Assembly (NCBI GenBank): GCA_963778815.1
Contig: CAVZVS010000002.1
Coordinates: forward strand, 344,879-408,878
Source: an uncultured Chloroflexia bacterium
Lineage (GTDB): Bacteria; Chloroflexota; Limnocylindria; Limnocylindrales; CSP1-4
Direction: 5' to 3'
Length of the DNA: 64,000 nt
Shown one piece after another: positions 21,820 to 31,947 of the stretch. A program made the translations under genes and the position numbers. Below the pieces are notes generated by a model. That model did not search any database and was not told the DNA's origin. It saw nothing but the letters and a program-made list of their open reading frames with translations. The number at the start of each line of letters is the position of its first letter. Position 1 is the stretch's first letter.

Positions 21820-21842
21820 TCGGGGCGTTCGGGTCAGGCCTC
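21811..21842. terminator. bidirectional hairpin between convergent coxG and cyclase-ATPase regulator 2
   Basis: A perfect 9-bp inverted repeat gaggcctga-(14 nt)-tcaggcctc embeds both stop codons (TGA 21817-19, TCA 21834-36). Confidence 0.4.
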
Positions 21843-24800
21843 GGTACGGTCTCCCGGTCCAGCCGCCTCGATCGGGATCGCGAGCGGCGGCGCCTCTCGC
21901 GGCGTTGCGCGATCTTCGGCCCAGCGGGCGAGACCGATGTCGAGCCGCTCGAGCAGCGGCGGCGATCCGAGCTTGGTGAAGATCGCGCGGGCCTCGTCCG
22001 CCGCGGCGCGAGCGCCCGGGTCATCGGGGCCGATCAACGATGCATACTCCAGCTGGCAGCGGCCGAGCTCGACCGGCAGATCGAGCCGTCGGAACGCATC
22101 GCCGGCCGTTCGATACCGAGCGATGGCATCCTCGCGGCGTCCCTCGAGGGCGTCCAGGCCGGCCTCGACGACCATCCGCATCGCCTCCGTCCACGCGCCC
22201 CGCTCGGGCGATTCGCGACTGAGCTCGACGGCGACCCGCGTCCGCTTCGGATCTTCCATCCAGATGGCGTAGTGCGCTGCGGTCGCACACGCCCAGACGA
22301 ATGGCACGAGCCTGGCGGCCGTCATCGCCTCGTCGTACGCCTCCGCGAGCTGACCGCCGAGGGCGAGGATCTCGGCGCGCACGTAGTGACGAGAGGCGAC
22401 GAAGTCCGGTCGGGACGAGTCCGGAGCGTAGCGGTCCGCGGCGGTCAGCTCGCGGGCGGCGGTGGGGAGGTCGCCCCGGTAGGCCGCGAGCGACGCCCGC
22501 GTCTCGTGGATCCCCTGGAGGTCCTGCGGCTGGACATCGCCGGCCTCTACCTCGTCGGCAAGCTCCAACAGCCAGTCCCAGAGGCCGAGCGCGAACCCGC
22601 CGCCGTAGCACTGCCAGGTGCTCCACCTGAACTGATCACGGGCACCAAGCCTCCTGGCGAGCTCGCGGACGTCGACGACAGCCGCCAGCGAGGCCCTCGG
22701 GTCGTCCAGATAGAGCAGATTGGCGTAGTTCGAGCGGGCTCGGAACTCGGTGCTCGTCAACCGATGAGCGACGGCCAGCTCGATGGCCCCGCCCAGGATC
22801 GCGATCCCCTCATGCCGGCGCCCGATCGTATCGAGCGCGGCGGCCTTGGTCACGAGCGCTTCGGCGATGATCGGGATCGCCTCGAGCCTCTCGGCGGCGA
22901 TCAAGGCCCGGTCGGCGACATCGAGCGCACGTGGGTCGTTGTTCACCATCAGCGCCCGCGCCGACTCGGCGACCACCCGGACGACCTCCGGTCGATCCTC
23001 GAGACCGGCACACTCGGCCAGCGACTCCTCGAGGAGATCGTTCGCCTCGGTCGACATGCCGATCTCGAACATGGGTTGGGTGAGGAGGACGACGGCTCGA
23101 GCCGCGCCGATCCGATCACCGGTCGCCCGGTACCAGTCGACCGCCTGTCGTCCGTACCGTTCGGAGACGTCGCTCTTGCCAGCGTGGTGGGCTGACGTCG
23201 CCGCGGCTTCCCAGAGGCTCGCTCGCTCGGCGGGTTCGATCGTGACCGTCAGGGCCTGCTCGAGGTAGTCGAGGGCCAGGTCGTACGACCCGAGTCCAGC
23301 CGCCCGCTCGGCGGCCCCACGCAGGGCGACCCGGGCCTGGGCAGCCAGCGCATCTGCTTCAGGACCATCGGGCGTCGCTCGATAGGCATCGAGGTAGTGG
23401 CTGGCAAGGACGCCCGCCAGCTCGTCGCCCCCGAGTGTCTCGAAGTAGCGAGCCGCGGCCAGGTGGCGCGTCCTTCGGTCGCGTTTGGCCAGCGTTTCGT
23501 AGGCGACCTCCCGGATGGGCCCCTGGACGAACGCATACTGTCCCCGCTCCGGGGACCGCGGTTGCTCGTCGAGCGACAGGATCTCCCGGCGGACGAGGGT
23601 CCGGAGCCTCGCGACGAGGTCGTCCACGGATCGCCCACTGATCGCGACGAGCGCATCCATCGTGAAGCTCAGGCCCAGCACGGACGCGTCCTGGAGGACC
23701 GCCCGCTCGTCGGCCGGCAGCGCGTCGAGCCTGGCGCCGATCAGGCCTCGGAGGGATTCGGGGATGGCCAGCTCACGAAGATCGCCGTCCACCCGATAGC
23801 CATCGTCCTCGCGCAGGAGCCGACCCTCGTCGATGAGCATCCGAACGGTCTCGACCGCGAACAGGGGAACCCCCGCCGCCCGAGCGACGATCCGGCGACC
23901 GGCACCCACCGGCAGGCCGGGGACGACACCGTCGAGCAGACGCATCATCGCCTCATCGGACAGGGGATCGAGGTGGAGGGCGGTGAAGTTGCGCTGGCCG
24001 GCACCCCAGGTCGGCCGCCGCTCGAGGAGCTCCGGTCGGGCCAGGGTGATGATCAGGATCTGTTGGTTCCGGCTCCATTCGAGGATCAATTCGATGAACT
24101 CGACGAGGCCGCCGTCGGCCCATTGCAGGTCCTCGAACACGAGGACGACGAGACCTCGCTCGGCGATCCGCTCGAGGAGCCCGCGGGCCGCCGCGAACGC
24201 CTCATCCTGGCGGCCCGCTCCTGGGTGGTCGTAGCCCAGGAGGGCCAGCAGCCACGGGGCCATCGCCCGCCGTTCGGCCTCGTCGGGCACGTATTCCTCG
24301 AGCGTGGCGGCGAGTCGTGTCCGGGCCGTCTCGGCATCGTCGCTCTCGGCGATCCCGGCCCGTCCCCGGACCATCTCGGCCAGCGCCCAGAAGGCGATCC
24401 CTTCGCCGTAGGCCGGTGACCGACCCTGGTGCCAGTAGACGTCGTCGACGATGCCGTCGATGTACTTCTCGAGCTCCCAGGCGAGCCGGCTCTTGCCGAT
24501 CCCGGCGATCCCGGTCACCGACACGAGTCGCGCCCGCCGCTCGTCGGCGACCGCGTGGAGGATGTCCTTGAGCAGGCGCAGCTCGGCGTCGCGTCCGACG
24601 AACGGCGGCTCGATCCGCTCGGAGCGCCCGCGCCCGCCGACCATGGCCAGGGTATGCAGCGCGCGCCAGGCCGGCACGGGGGCGGTCCGGCCCCGCAGGT
24701 CCTGCTCGCCGAGTGGCTCGGCGGCGATCGCGGCGGCTGTCGCGCGGTGGGTCTGCTCATCGAGCAGGACGCTCCCGCCGGGCGCGATGCCCTGCAACCG

Positions 24801-25397
24801 GGAGGCGGTGTTGACCAGATCCCCGGTGACCAGGCCCTGGTCGGTCGCGCCGACGGTCACCGCCGCCTCACCGGTCATCACCGCGGCGCGTGCTTGCAGG
24901 GTGGGTCCGTCCGGGGCGACCCGCAGGGCACCTACCGCACTGAGCAGCTCGAGCGCCGCCCGGACCGCGCGCTCGGCGTCATCCTCGTGCGAGGTCGGCG
25001 CACCCCAGACGGCCATGACCGCGTCGCCGATGAACTTCTCGAGGGTCCCGCCGTAGCGCTCGACGACGGCCCGACAGGTCGCGAAGTAGCGATCCTGGAG
25101 CTCGCGCAGTTCCTCGGCATCGCGTCCCTCGGCCAGGGTCGTGAACCCGACCAGGTCCGCGAACAGGACCGACACGATCCGGCGCTCGGTGACCGGCTGG
25201 GCGCCGTCCGTCCCTGACGCAGCGACCTCGCCGGCCAGGGTCGTCCCGCACTCGCCGCAGAACTTGGCCGCGGGCGGGTTGCTGGCACCGCATGATGGGC
25301 AGCCCGACACAAGGCGGGCCCCGCACTCATGGCAGAACTTGCGCCCGGTCTCGTTCTCGGTGGCGCAGCTCGGGCAACGCACCGCTGACCCCTCCAC
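21834..25397 (-). CDS. large signalling protein: double zinc ribbon + class III adenylate/guanylate cyclase + AAA/NB-ARC-like ATPase + TPR (paralog 2)
   Basis: ORF 21834..25397(-), GTG start. It is collinear with the 2770..6318 protein: CPSCATENETGRKFCHECG...CPSCGA, then [15 protein letters not shown]...[11 protein letters not shown], then [11 protein letters not shown]. It is intact at 1187 aa. Confidence 0.85.
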   Translation of the reverse strand: MEGSAVRCPSCATENETGRKFCHECGARLVSGCPSCGASNPPAAKFCGECGTTLAGEVAASGTDGAQPVTERRIVSVLFADLVGFTTLAEGRDAEELRELQDRYFATCRAVVERYGGTLEKFIGDAVMAVWGAPTSHEDDAERAVRAALELLSAVGALRVAPDGPTLQARAAVMTGEAAVTVGATDQGLVTGDLVNTASRLQGIAPGGSVLLDEQTHRATAAAIAAEPLGEQDLRGRTAPVPAWRALHTLAMVGGRGRSERIEPPFVGRDAELRLLKDILHAVADERRARLVSVTGIAGIGKSRLAWELEKYIDGIVDDVYWHQGRSPAYGEGIAFWALAEMVRGRAGIAESDDAETARTRLAATLEEYVPDEAERRAMAPWLLALLGYDHPGAGRQDEAFAAARGLLERIAERGLVVLVFEDLQWADGGLVEFIELILEWSRNQQILIITLARPELLERRPTWGAGQRNFTALHLDPLSDEAMMRLLDGVVPGLPVGAGRRIVARAAGVPLFAVETVRMLIDEGRLLREDDGYRVDGDLRELAIPESLRGLIGARLDALPADERAVLQDASVLGLSFTMDALVAISGRSVDDLVARLRTLVRREILSLDEQPRSPERGQYAFVQGPIREVAYETLAKRDRRTRHLAAARYFETLGGDELAGVLASHYLDAYRATPDGPEADALAAQARVALRGAAERAAGLGSYDLALDYLEQALTVTIEPAERASLWEAAATSAHHAGKSDVSERYGRQAVDWYRATGDRIGAARAVVLLTQPMFEIGMSTEANDLLEESLAECAGLEDRPEVVRVVAESARALMVNNDPRALDVADRALIAAERLEAIPIIAEALVTKAAALDTIGRRHEGIAILGGAIELAVAHRLTSTEFRARSNYANLLYLDDPRASLAAVVDVRELARRLGARDQFRWSTWQCYGGGFALGLWDWLLELADEVEAGDVQPQDLQGIHETRASLAAYRGDLPTAARELTAADRYAPDSSRPDFVASRHYVRAEILALGGQLAEAYDEAMTAARLVPFVWACATAAHYAIWMEDPKRTRVAVELSRESPERGAWTEAMRMVVEAGLDALEGRREDAIARYRTAGDAFRRLDLPVELGRCQLEYASLIGPDDPGARAAADEARAIFTKLGSPPLLERLDIGLARWAEDRATPREAPPLAIPIEAAGPGDRTEA

Positions 25398-25505
25398 GGT
25401 CGTTCAGACTGGTCGAGACGGAGCGTAGCGCACGACCGACTCGAGCGGAAGGCTACGGACCGAGGGTGCGCCGTACCCGGGCTGCCGAGGGCGCCCGGTC
25501 GACGG

Positions 25506-26784
25506 TCAGGCGATCAAACCCGAGATCGGCGTGACGCCCGGCCCGAGGACGCTGCTGGCGGGGACGCCCAGCCAGGTCTCGGCCAGCGTCCCGTAGTAGT
25601 CCCACAGGTCGACGCTGACCTTGAGGTCGTCGTCGTTGTCCAGGCTGGTCAGGCTCGGGTACGTCCCGTACAGGCCGCTGTGGACCGGTGCGCCGGCGAC
25701 CAGCATGAATGACGCGGCCCCGTGGTCGAGCCCGTTCGAGGCGTTGTCCGGGACCCGCCGGCCGAACTCGCTGGTCGTGGCCACGATCACCCGGTTGGCG
25801 ATCCCCCGGGTGGTCAGATCGAGCAGGAAGCGGTCCAGCGCGTTGTCGAGCTGGGTCATCAGGTTGGCGTGCCGGGCGAGGTGGTCGTCGTGGGTGTCGA
25901 AATCGCCGAAGAAGGGGACATGGACGATCCGGATGCCGCTGTTCGAGTCGAGCAGCCGGGCGGCCAGACCGAGCTGGGTCCCGAGGTCGGTCTGGGGATA
26001 GCCGGCGGCGCCCGGGGGCAGGTTGGCCGCGACGTCCTGCGCGAATCTGAGGGCATAGGCTCCGCCGTGGCGGGCGCTCCGGAAGGGGACCGCCTCCTTG
26101 GGGTTGGTCAGCTCGCACATCGTCCGCCAGCCCTCCGTCCAGGCCGCGTCCATGGACACGTCCCAGAAGCGTGGGAAGGCGCCGTCGGAGTACGGCTCCA
26201 TCGACAGGGTCGAGACCGAATCGCTGATCAGGGCTGGACTGGGCCCGTATCCCAGGGAGATCCCGACGGCCGGCGCGGTCGGGTCGCCGATCACGTCGCA
26301 CAATCGACCGAGGAACCCGGTCGCGGTCAGCTGGAGGCTGGTCCGGTCACCCGCCCACCAGCGCCGGAGCGACTCGAAATGGGACAGGTCCGGCTTGGCC
26401 AGGCCGACCCCCTGGACGACCCCGATACCCCGGGCGTGGAGCTTGACCAGTGACGGATGGAGCCCGACCGTGCTGGTCAGGGGCAGGATGCTGGTCTTGG
26501 TCAAGCGACGTCCGTGGGCGGATCGCGTGGTAGGCGCCGTAGGCGGCACCGAGCGGCGGGACCATCGACAGGCCGTCGTTGCCGCCGGACATATCGATGA
26601 CCACCAGCTGACGCTGACCGACCGGTGCCGGGGCCTCGAGCGGGGCGTCAGTCCCGGCCGGCTCGGGCCCGGTCGACCCGGCGCGGGCCCCGACCGAGCC
26701 GCCGAGCGAGGCCGCGGCGGCACCGACGCCGGTCGCCAGCCCCAGCTGGAGGAAGCGGCGACGATCGATCAGCTGCATGGGCAT
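25506..26784 (-). pseudogene. DUF1501-family protein with twin-arginine (Tat) signal peptide; frameshifted
   Basis: ATG at 26784 or 26778. The Tat signal MQLIDRRRFLQLGLATGVGAAAAS and LVVIDMSGGNDGLSM are in ORF 26347..26784. The remainder, LTKTSILPL...VHVPFFGDFDTHDDH, is in ORF 25506..26723. The break is at about 26505-26520. Confidence 0.65.
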
Positions 26785-26796
26785 GGTTCGGTGACC

Positions 26797-28047
26797 TCAG
26801 GCGAGCGCGAAGTCGGGTGAGCCGATGGCCAGTCCGAGCAGGACCGTGGCCCGCTCCTTGGCGATGGGCAGGCTGTCGGCGGCGGCGTGAAGGGCCGCCA
26901 GTGTCTGCGGGCTGACCTCGTACAGCGAGCAGCGCTCAAGGACGGCCGCGACCGGGTCGGCGGCGTTGGCGATGGCGGTGATCCCGGTGGCCTCGGTCGC
27001 GAAGGCGGCCCGGGCCAGGGCGAAGCTGGGCGAAAGCCAGCGCAAGCCGGCCGGCCAGCCGGCGACGCTCGGCGGGTGGAACGGGAGCTGGCCCATGTCG
27101 TAGAGGGTCCAGCGCCGCACGTCCTTCCTGGTGAAGCCCAGGGCGGCCATCGCCGGGATCAACCACTCGACCGGGGTCCGGGCGCGATTGAGCCGGCCGC
27201 GGACGAAGTTCGGGTCGTGGACGATCGCCTCGACCACCGGGCGGATCTGCCAGCCGCTCGCCCGGAAGCCGTCGGCCAGCTTCTTGCCGTTGCGGCCAGC
27301 CGGCCGGCCGGCCAGGAACTGGTGGATCCGGCCGACGACCCACGGCGCGGACGCCTGGTGAGCCAGGGCCGCATCGACCACGTCGGGCGCCCGTTTGACC
27401 TGCTTGCCGAGGTAGGGCACCGCCGCGTCCAGGGCGCCCCAGCCATTGAAGCCGGTCTTGCCGGTGTCCCAGTCGACGTACCAGCCGGCCAGGGCCCGGG
27501 CGCCGTTGTGGACGTCGTCCTGGGTGTAGTTGCCGCGACCGAGCACGAACAGCTCCATCAGCTCGCGGCTGTAGTTCTCGTTGGGGTCGTCACTGTTCGA
27601 CCACGAGCCGTCGAGGTAGATGAGCATCGCCGCATCGAGGGTGATCTGCTGGAGGAGTGCCCGGAAGTCGCCCATGGCGTATTTGCGCAGGAGCAGATGC
27701 TGGGGCCATTCGATCTTCCAGCGGAAGACCTTCGAGTGGCTGGTCGTCAGATGACCGTGCCAGAACCAGGTCATCTTCTCGTGGATGCCGGCCTTGGGGT
27801 CGGACATCCGATCGAGCCACCAGTCGACCGGCTCGTTGCTGCCGTCATCGACGATGGCCGGGGCCGGAGTGGTCTTGAGGGCCGGCGCCGCCAGGATCTT
27901 GCTGATCGCCGCGTCGACCCCGCCCGGCACGAGCGCCTTGACCTGGCCGGGGAATGGGCCGAACGTCGTACGGCGCAGGATGTGGGCGATGAGCGCTTCC
28001 GGCGACGGACCGATGTCCGCGACCGTGAGTGGGCTGGGCAGGACCAT
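26797..28047 (-). CDS. DUF1800-family protein (usual partner of DUF1501)
   Basis: ORF 26797..28047(-), 416 aa, intact. It lies 12 nt upstream of the DUF1501 start on the same strand. Confidence 0.75.
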   Translation of the reverse strand: MVLPSPLTVADIGPSPEALIAHILRRTTFGPFPGQVKALVPGGVDAAISKILAAPALKTTPAPAIVDDGSNEPVDWWLDRMSDPKAGIHEKMTWFWHGHLTTSHSKVFRWKIEWPQHLLLRKYAMGDFRALLQQITLDAAMLIYLDGSWSNSDDPNENYSRELMELFVLGRGNYTQDDVHNGARALAGWYVDWDTGKTGFNGWGALDAAVPYLGKQVKRAPDVVDAALAHQASAPWVVGRIHQFLAGRPAGRNGKKLADGFRASGWQIRPVVEAIVHDPNFVRGRLNRARTPVEWLIPAMAALGFTRKDVRRWTLYDMGQLPFHPPSVAGWPAGLRWLSPSFALARAAFATEATGITAIANAADPVAAVLERCSLYEVSPQTLAALHAAADSLPIAKERATVLLGLAIGSPDFALA

Positions 28048-28133
28048 GGCCGGCAGCGTATCGACGCGTCGAGGGGTTGCGGACCGTACTTCCTGCGATG
28101 AGCGGACATCCCTTCGTCCGGCATGATGGTGCG

Positions 28134-28772
28134 ATGCACATCGTCAGTCGGGTCGTCGGGCCGATCTCGACCAACGTCCACCTCATCGCCGACGAGCGGA
28201 CGCGCGAAGCGATCGCCATCGACACGGCCATCCCGTCCCTGGATTGGATCGCCGAGGAGCTTTCGGCCCGACGCTGGACGCTCAAGCTGATCGTCTCGAC
28301 CCACGGTCACTGGGACCACATCGGCGACAACGCCGCCGTCGCTCGGCACACCGGGGCCGAGATCGCCGTCCACCCGGCCGACCGCCATCGGCTGATCGAC
28401 CCGAAACCGCTCTACGCGCCGTTCGACATCCCGCCCTCTGTCCCCGCGGTCGAGCTGGCCGAAGGCGGCACGATCCGCTTCGGCGAGGTCCGCCTCGAAG
28501 TCCTCCACACCCCCGGCCACACCGAGGGTTCGGTCTGCCTGCTCATCCCCGACGAGGCGACCCTGCTCAGCGGCGACACCCTCTTCGCCGGCGGTTGGGG
28601 CCGGGTCGACCTGCCCGGCGGATCAACAGAGGCGATGGCCGACTCGATGGCCCGGCTGGCGGGTCTCGGCGACGACATCGCAGTCCTGCCCGGCCACGGT
28701 CCATCGACCACCATCCGGCGCGAGCGACCGTGGATGGACCTGGTCGTCAGCCAGGGTCGCCTGATCGGCTAG
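28134..28772 (+). CDS. MBL-fold metallo-hydrolase (glyoxalase II-like)
   Basis: It begins MHIVSRVVGPISTNVHLIADE and has the HxHxDH motif STHGHWDHIG, then HTPGHTEGS, then LPGHG. The alternative start is 28098. Confidence 0.8.
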   Translation: MHIVSRVVGPISTNVHLIADERTREAIAIDTAIPSLDWIAEELSARRWTLKLIVSTHGHWDHIGDNAAVARHTGAEIAVHPADRHRLIDPKPLYAPFDIPPSVPAVELAEGGTIRFGEVRLEVLHTPGHTEGSVCLLIPDEATLLSGDTLFAGGWGRVDLPGGSTEAMADSMARLAGLGDDIAVLPGHGPSTTIRRERPWMDLVVSQGRLIG

Positions 28773-28799
28773 ACGCCACCGCCGACCGGGTACCTGGCC

Positions 28800-29756
28800 C
28801 TACTGAGCTGGCGAGGAGCTCAGCAGCCCGCTTGTATCGACCGCTTCGAACATGTCCCCGGTGATCGCCCCAAGGCCGTGCAGGTTGTCGTCGTTCCAAT
28901 GCGGATCCGGGGCTCCGGTCACGTACCACGGCGAGCCGTTGTCGGCCAGGATCATGCCGTAGCGCTGAAGGGCGACCAGTACGACCTTGGCCTGGCCGCT
29001 GAACCCGCTCAAGTCGACCGATGCCTTAAGCCGGACGCGCAGACCCATCGGAGGCAGGCTGGCGTCGTCACCGTCGCCGGCGTCGTGGCGGGCGGGATAG
29101 ATGTGGGCGGAACGGGTGGTCGGGGCGGTGAACCGAAGGGCATGGGCGATGACGCCGGCGGCGACCTCGTCATAGCGGGCCAGACCGGGCAGGATCGGTA
29201 GGCCGGCCGCATCGGCGCTGGTCCAGCCGTCGGGACGAAGCCGGTCGAGCTTGAGGTTCCAGATGGCGCCCGACCCGGCCGACCACTTGCCGCTGGCCGA
29301 CTTCGAGGCGGCGAACAGCTCGTACAGCTTGCAGGAGTTCTTTTCCACGATGAGGATGTGGTGGTCCGAGCCCGCCTCGCGCTTGACCTTCCTAGGGATG
29401 GGGTAGGGCCCCTTGTCGGACTCGGACTTCCAGCGGAACTTGACCGTCTTGCGCGGGGTCAGGTGATTGGCGATCGAGTACGGGATGCCGTAGCCGCTGT
29501 ACGACCCGAAGTCCGGATGGAGGCCGCGGCTGAGTCCGATCGAGGCGATCAGGGTGGCTGAGTCGCTTCGGACCGGAAGGCTGTCGATCGGCTGGTTCCA
29601 GACGTTGTCGGCGGGGAATATGGAGCAACCGCTCGCGCCGGGAAGTGGCTTGGCCAGGGCGCCCTGGACCGTCCCTCCGAGGATCGCCAGGAGAGCCAGG
29701 CCGACGGCGAAGTTGATCTTCAGCGCGGCCCGTGGGCCGCTTCGGTAGACGCGCAT
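28800..29756 (-). CDS. secreted hypothetical protein (Sec signal peptide)
   Basis: ORF 28800..29756(-). The N-terminus MRVYRSGPRAALKINFAVGLALLAILGGTVQGALA is a signal peptide. I could not identify a domain. Confidence 0.55.
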   Translation of the reverse strand: MRVYRSGPRAALKINFAVGLALLAILGGTVQGALAKPLPGASGCSIFPADNVWNQPIDSLPVRSDSATLIASIGLSRGLHPDFGSYSGYGIPYSIANHLTPRKTVKFRWKSESDKGPYPIPRKVKREAGSDHHILIVEKNSCKLYELFAASKSASGKWSAGSGAIWNLKLDRLRPDGWTSADAAGLPILPGLARYDEVAAGVIAHALRFTAPTTRSAHIYPARHDAGDGDDASLPPMGLRVRLKASVDLSGFSGQAKVVLVALQRYGMILADNGSPWYVTGAPDPHWNDDNLHGLGAITGDMFEAVDTSGLLSSSPAQ

Positions 29757-29833
29757 GGACCGATGCTAGCGCCGCTCGCCCGGCCTCGACCGCATCCGAT
29801 GGTCCCGGTCGGTGCGAGCCGCCACCGGACCGC

Positions 29834-30847
29834 TCAGAGTTCCTTGCGGTAGGCAGCGGCGCGCCTGGCCACCCGGAAGCCGAGACTCTCGTGCAGGCTC
29901 AGCGCGCCGGTCGGGCTGTCCGCATCCACCCCGAGCGAGACGCTGTCCATACCCCGTCGACGGAGCTCGCGGAGCGCGCCGGTCATCAAGGCGCTGGCGA
30001 TCCCCTGTCGCCGCCATAGCCGCCGCACGCTGGCCCGCTCCAGCCAACCGCGCCGGATGCCCTCGGCTGCGTTGTCCGCCGGGAAGATGATCGCCAGAAC
30101 GCAGCCAACGACCTCATCGCCGGCCCAGGCGGCCTGCCATAGCGAGAGGTCGTTGTCCGGGTCGCCCAACGTCCGCTGGATGTCCGCTTCGGTCGACTCC
30201 CGGGCTCCCCAGTGGTCTTGGAACGCCTCGGAGTCGGCAGCCAGGACTTGCCGGACGACGTCCTCGGTCACCGGCCGCATCCGCACGCCTTCGGGCAGTT
30301 CGCGCACGGGCAGGTCGTCGAGATCGGACCGGGTCATCTCGAAGTACCAGCGCACCGGCTCATAGCCTTCGTTCAGGAGCAAGGCCACGGCGCCGGTCGC
30401 GTCGTCCACGGTCCACGATCCGAGGCTGGCCGGCCGATCGTCACCGGCGGCGGTCTGGGCGGCGGCTCGTTCGCGCTGGCGAGCCTGGCCCCAGTGCAGG
30501 AGTGCCCGGCCGAGGCCGCGCCGGCGCTGGGTCGGGTGGACCCAGCCGTGGCTGTCGAAGATCCGAGTCCCGTCGCGGACCGAGTACTGGACGTAGCCGG
30601 CGGCCACCGTCCGCCCGTCGATCTGGGCCAGGAGCAGGTCGCGGGTCGGCTCGAACTGGTCGAGGTTGGTCAACCAATTCCGGGCGGCGTCGACCGAGTA
30701 GATCTCAAAGGTCTCGTCGGCGACCTCGGCCGCGTTCATCACCGCGATCAGCCCAGGCAGGTCACCTTCGCCGGCATACGGCCGAAAGGTCAGACCGTCG
30801 ATCGGTGGTGCGTCCGACAGTTGAAGCGTGCCGCGATCGCGGGTCAT
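29834..30847 (-). CDS. tandem-GNAT N-acetyltransferase (mycothiol synthase MshD-like), paralog 1
   Basis: It has two GNAT motif-A regions (RRRGLGRALL; RRQGIASALMTGAL...LGFRV). Its ATG at 30847 overlaps the rsgA stop (ATGA). Confidence 0.65.
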   Translation of the reverse strand: MTRDRGTLQLSDAPPIDGLTFRPYAGEGDLPGLIAVMNAAEVADETFEIYSVDAARNWLTNLDQFEPTRDLLLAQIDGRTVAAGYVQYSVRDGTRIFDSHGWVHPTQRRRGLGRALLHWGQARQRERAAAQTAAGDDRPASLGSWTVDDATGAVALLLNEGYEPVRWYFEMTRSDLDDLPVRELPEGVRMRPVTEDVVRQVLAADSEAFQDHWGARESTEADIQRTLGDPDNDLSLWQAAWAGDEVVGCVLAIIFPADNAAEGIRRGWLERASVRRLWRRQGIASALMTGALRELRRRGMDSVSLGVDADSPTGALSLHESLGFRVARRAAAYRKEL

Positions 30848-31947
30848 CGGCCATCGTCTCCGTACTTCATCTTCATGTGCCGGTTCACGGCCGTATTGAA
30901 CATCCGGAACTGACGCTTGCGCTCGGCTCGCTCCCGGGCGTTGCCCGGGCCTTCGCGCCGGGCCTGCTCACGCTCGAGCTTGTCGCGGTTGGCCAGTCGG
31001 GCTGGGTCGAGCGAGCCAGCCTCGATCGCAGCGCGCACAGCACAGCCCGGTTCGCGATCGTGCCGGCAATCGGCGAAGCGACAACCCGATCCGAGCTCAT
31101 CGATGTCGGCGAACGCCGCATCGAGGCCGCCGTCATCGTCGGCCAGGCTCAGCTCGCGCATCCCCGGGGTATCGAGGATGAGCCCGCGGCCAGGGACGCG
31201 CACCAGATGCCGTCGGGTGGTGGTATGTCGACCCTCGTCGTCGCCCTCGCGGATCGCGCCCGTGCCCTCGATCTCTTCGCCGGCGAGCGCGTTGAGCAGG
31301 GTCGACTTGCCGACGCCGGACGAGCCGATCAGGGCAGCCGTCCGCCCATCGCCGAAGAGCTCGGCCAATCCGGCCATCCCGATCCCGGTCGTCGCGCTGA
31401 CCGCGTGGACCGGCGCTCCGCTCGCGATCAGGGCGACCCTGGCGACCGCGCCGTCGACGTCAGCGGCCAGGTCGGCCTTGTTGAGGACCACGACCGGCTG
31501 GGCGCCGGAGCTCCAGGCCAGGGCAAGGTAGCGCTCCAGCCGGCGCAGGTTCAGGTCGGCATTGAGCGACGTCACGATCAGGAGCAGGTCGACGTTGGCG
31601 GCCAGGACCTGGTCGACCGAACTGCGGTCGACCGGAGCCCGTCGGATGACCGAGGTCCGCCGTGGGACGAGACCCTGGATCAGGCGGTGGCCGGGATCGC
31701 TGGTCGCCTGGAGCCGGACCCAGTCACCGACGACCGGGAAGCCGGCCTGACCCTCGAGCTCCGCATCGAACCTGAAGCGACCCGATACGGTGGCCCGGGC
31801 ATCGCCTGAACCCGTCGCGACAAGGTACGACCCCCGATCCTCGACCAAGATCCGGCCGGGCTCCTGTCCATCGTCGCCGACCGCCGCGAAGGCGCTCGCC
31901 TGGACGGCATCCCAGCCCCAGTCGATCAGACTGGCCGGTGCGCTCAT
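30844..31947 (-). CDS. rsgA: ribosome small-subunit-dependent GTPase A (RsgA/EngC)
   Basis: ATG at 31947 (MSAPASLIDWGWD). It has the circularly permuted GTPase motifs VVLNKADL, DTPG and LIGSSGVGKSTLLNAL, and the C-terminal Zn motif CRFADCRHDREPGC. The track ORF extends upstream to 32793 in the same frame, which I do not believe is real. Confidence 0.85.
   Translation of the reverse strand: MSAPASLIDWGWDAVQASAFAAVGDDGQEPGRILVEDRGSYLVATGSGDARATVSGRFRFDAELEGQAGFPVVGDWVRLQATSDPGHRLIQGLVPRRTSVIRRAPVDRSSVDQVLAANVDLLLIVTSLNADLNLRRLERYLALAWSSGAQPVVVLNKADLAADVDGAVARVALIASGAPVHAVSATTGIGMAGLAELFGDGRTAALIGSSGVGKSTLLNALAGEEIEGTGAIREGDDEGRHTTTRRHLVRVPGRGLILDTPGMRELSLADDDGGLDAAFADIDELGSGCRFADCRHDREPGCAVRAAIEAGSLDPARLANRDKLEREQARREGPGNARERAERKRQFRMFNTAVNRHMKMKYGDDGR

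Noticed and set aside
21258-23195. 645-aa plus-strand ORF overlapping coxG and regulator 2
   Set aside because: It is out of frame with coxG and antisense to regulator 2. It is a shadow ORF.
30502-31809. 435-aa plus-strand ORF across MshD-like and rsgA genes
   Set aside because: It is antisense to two well-supported genes and is R/G/P-rich.
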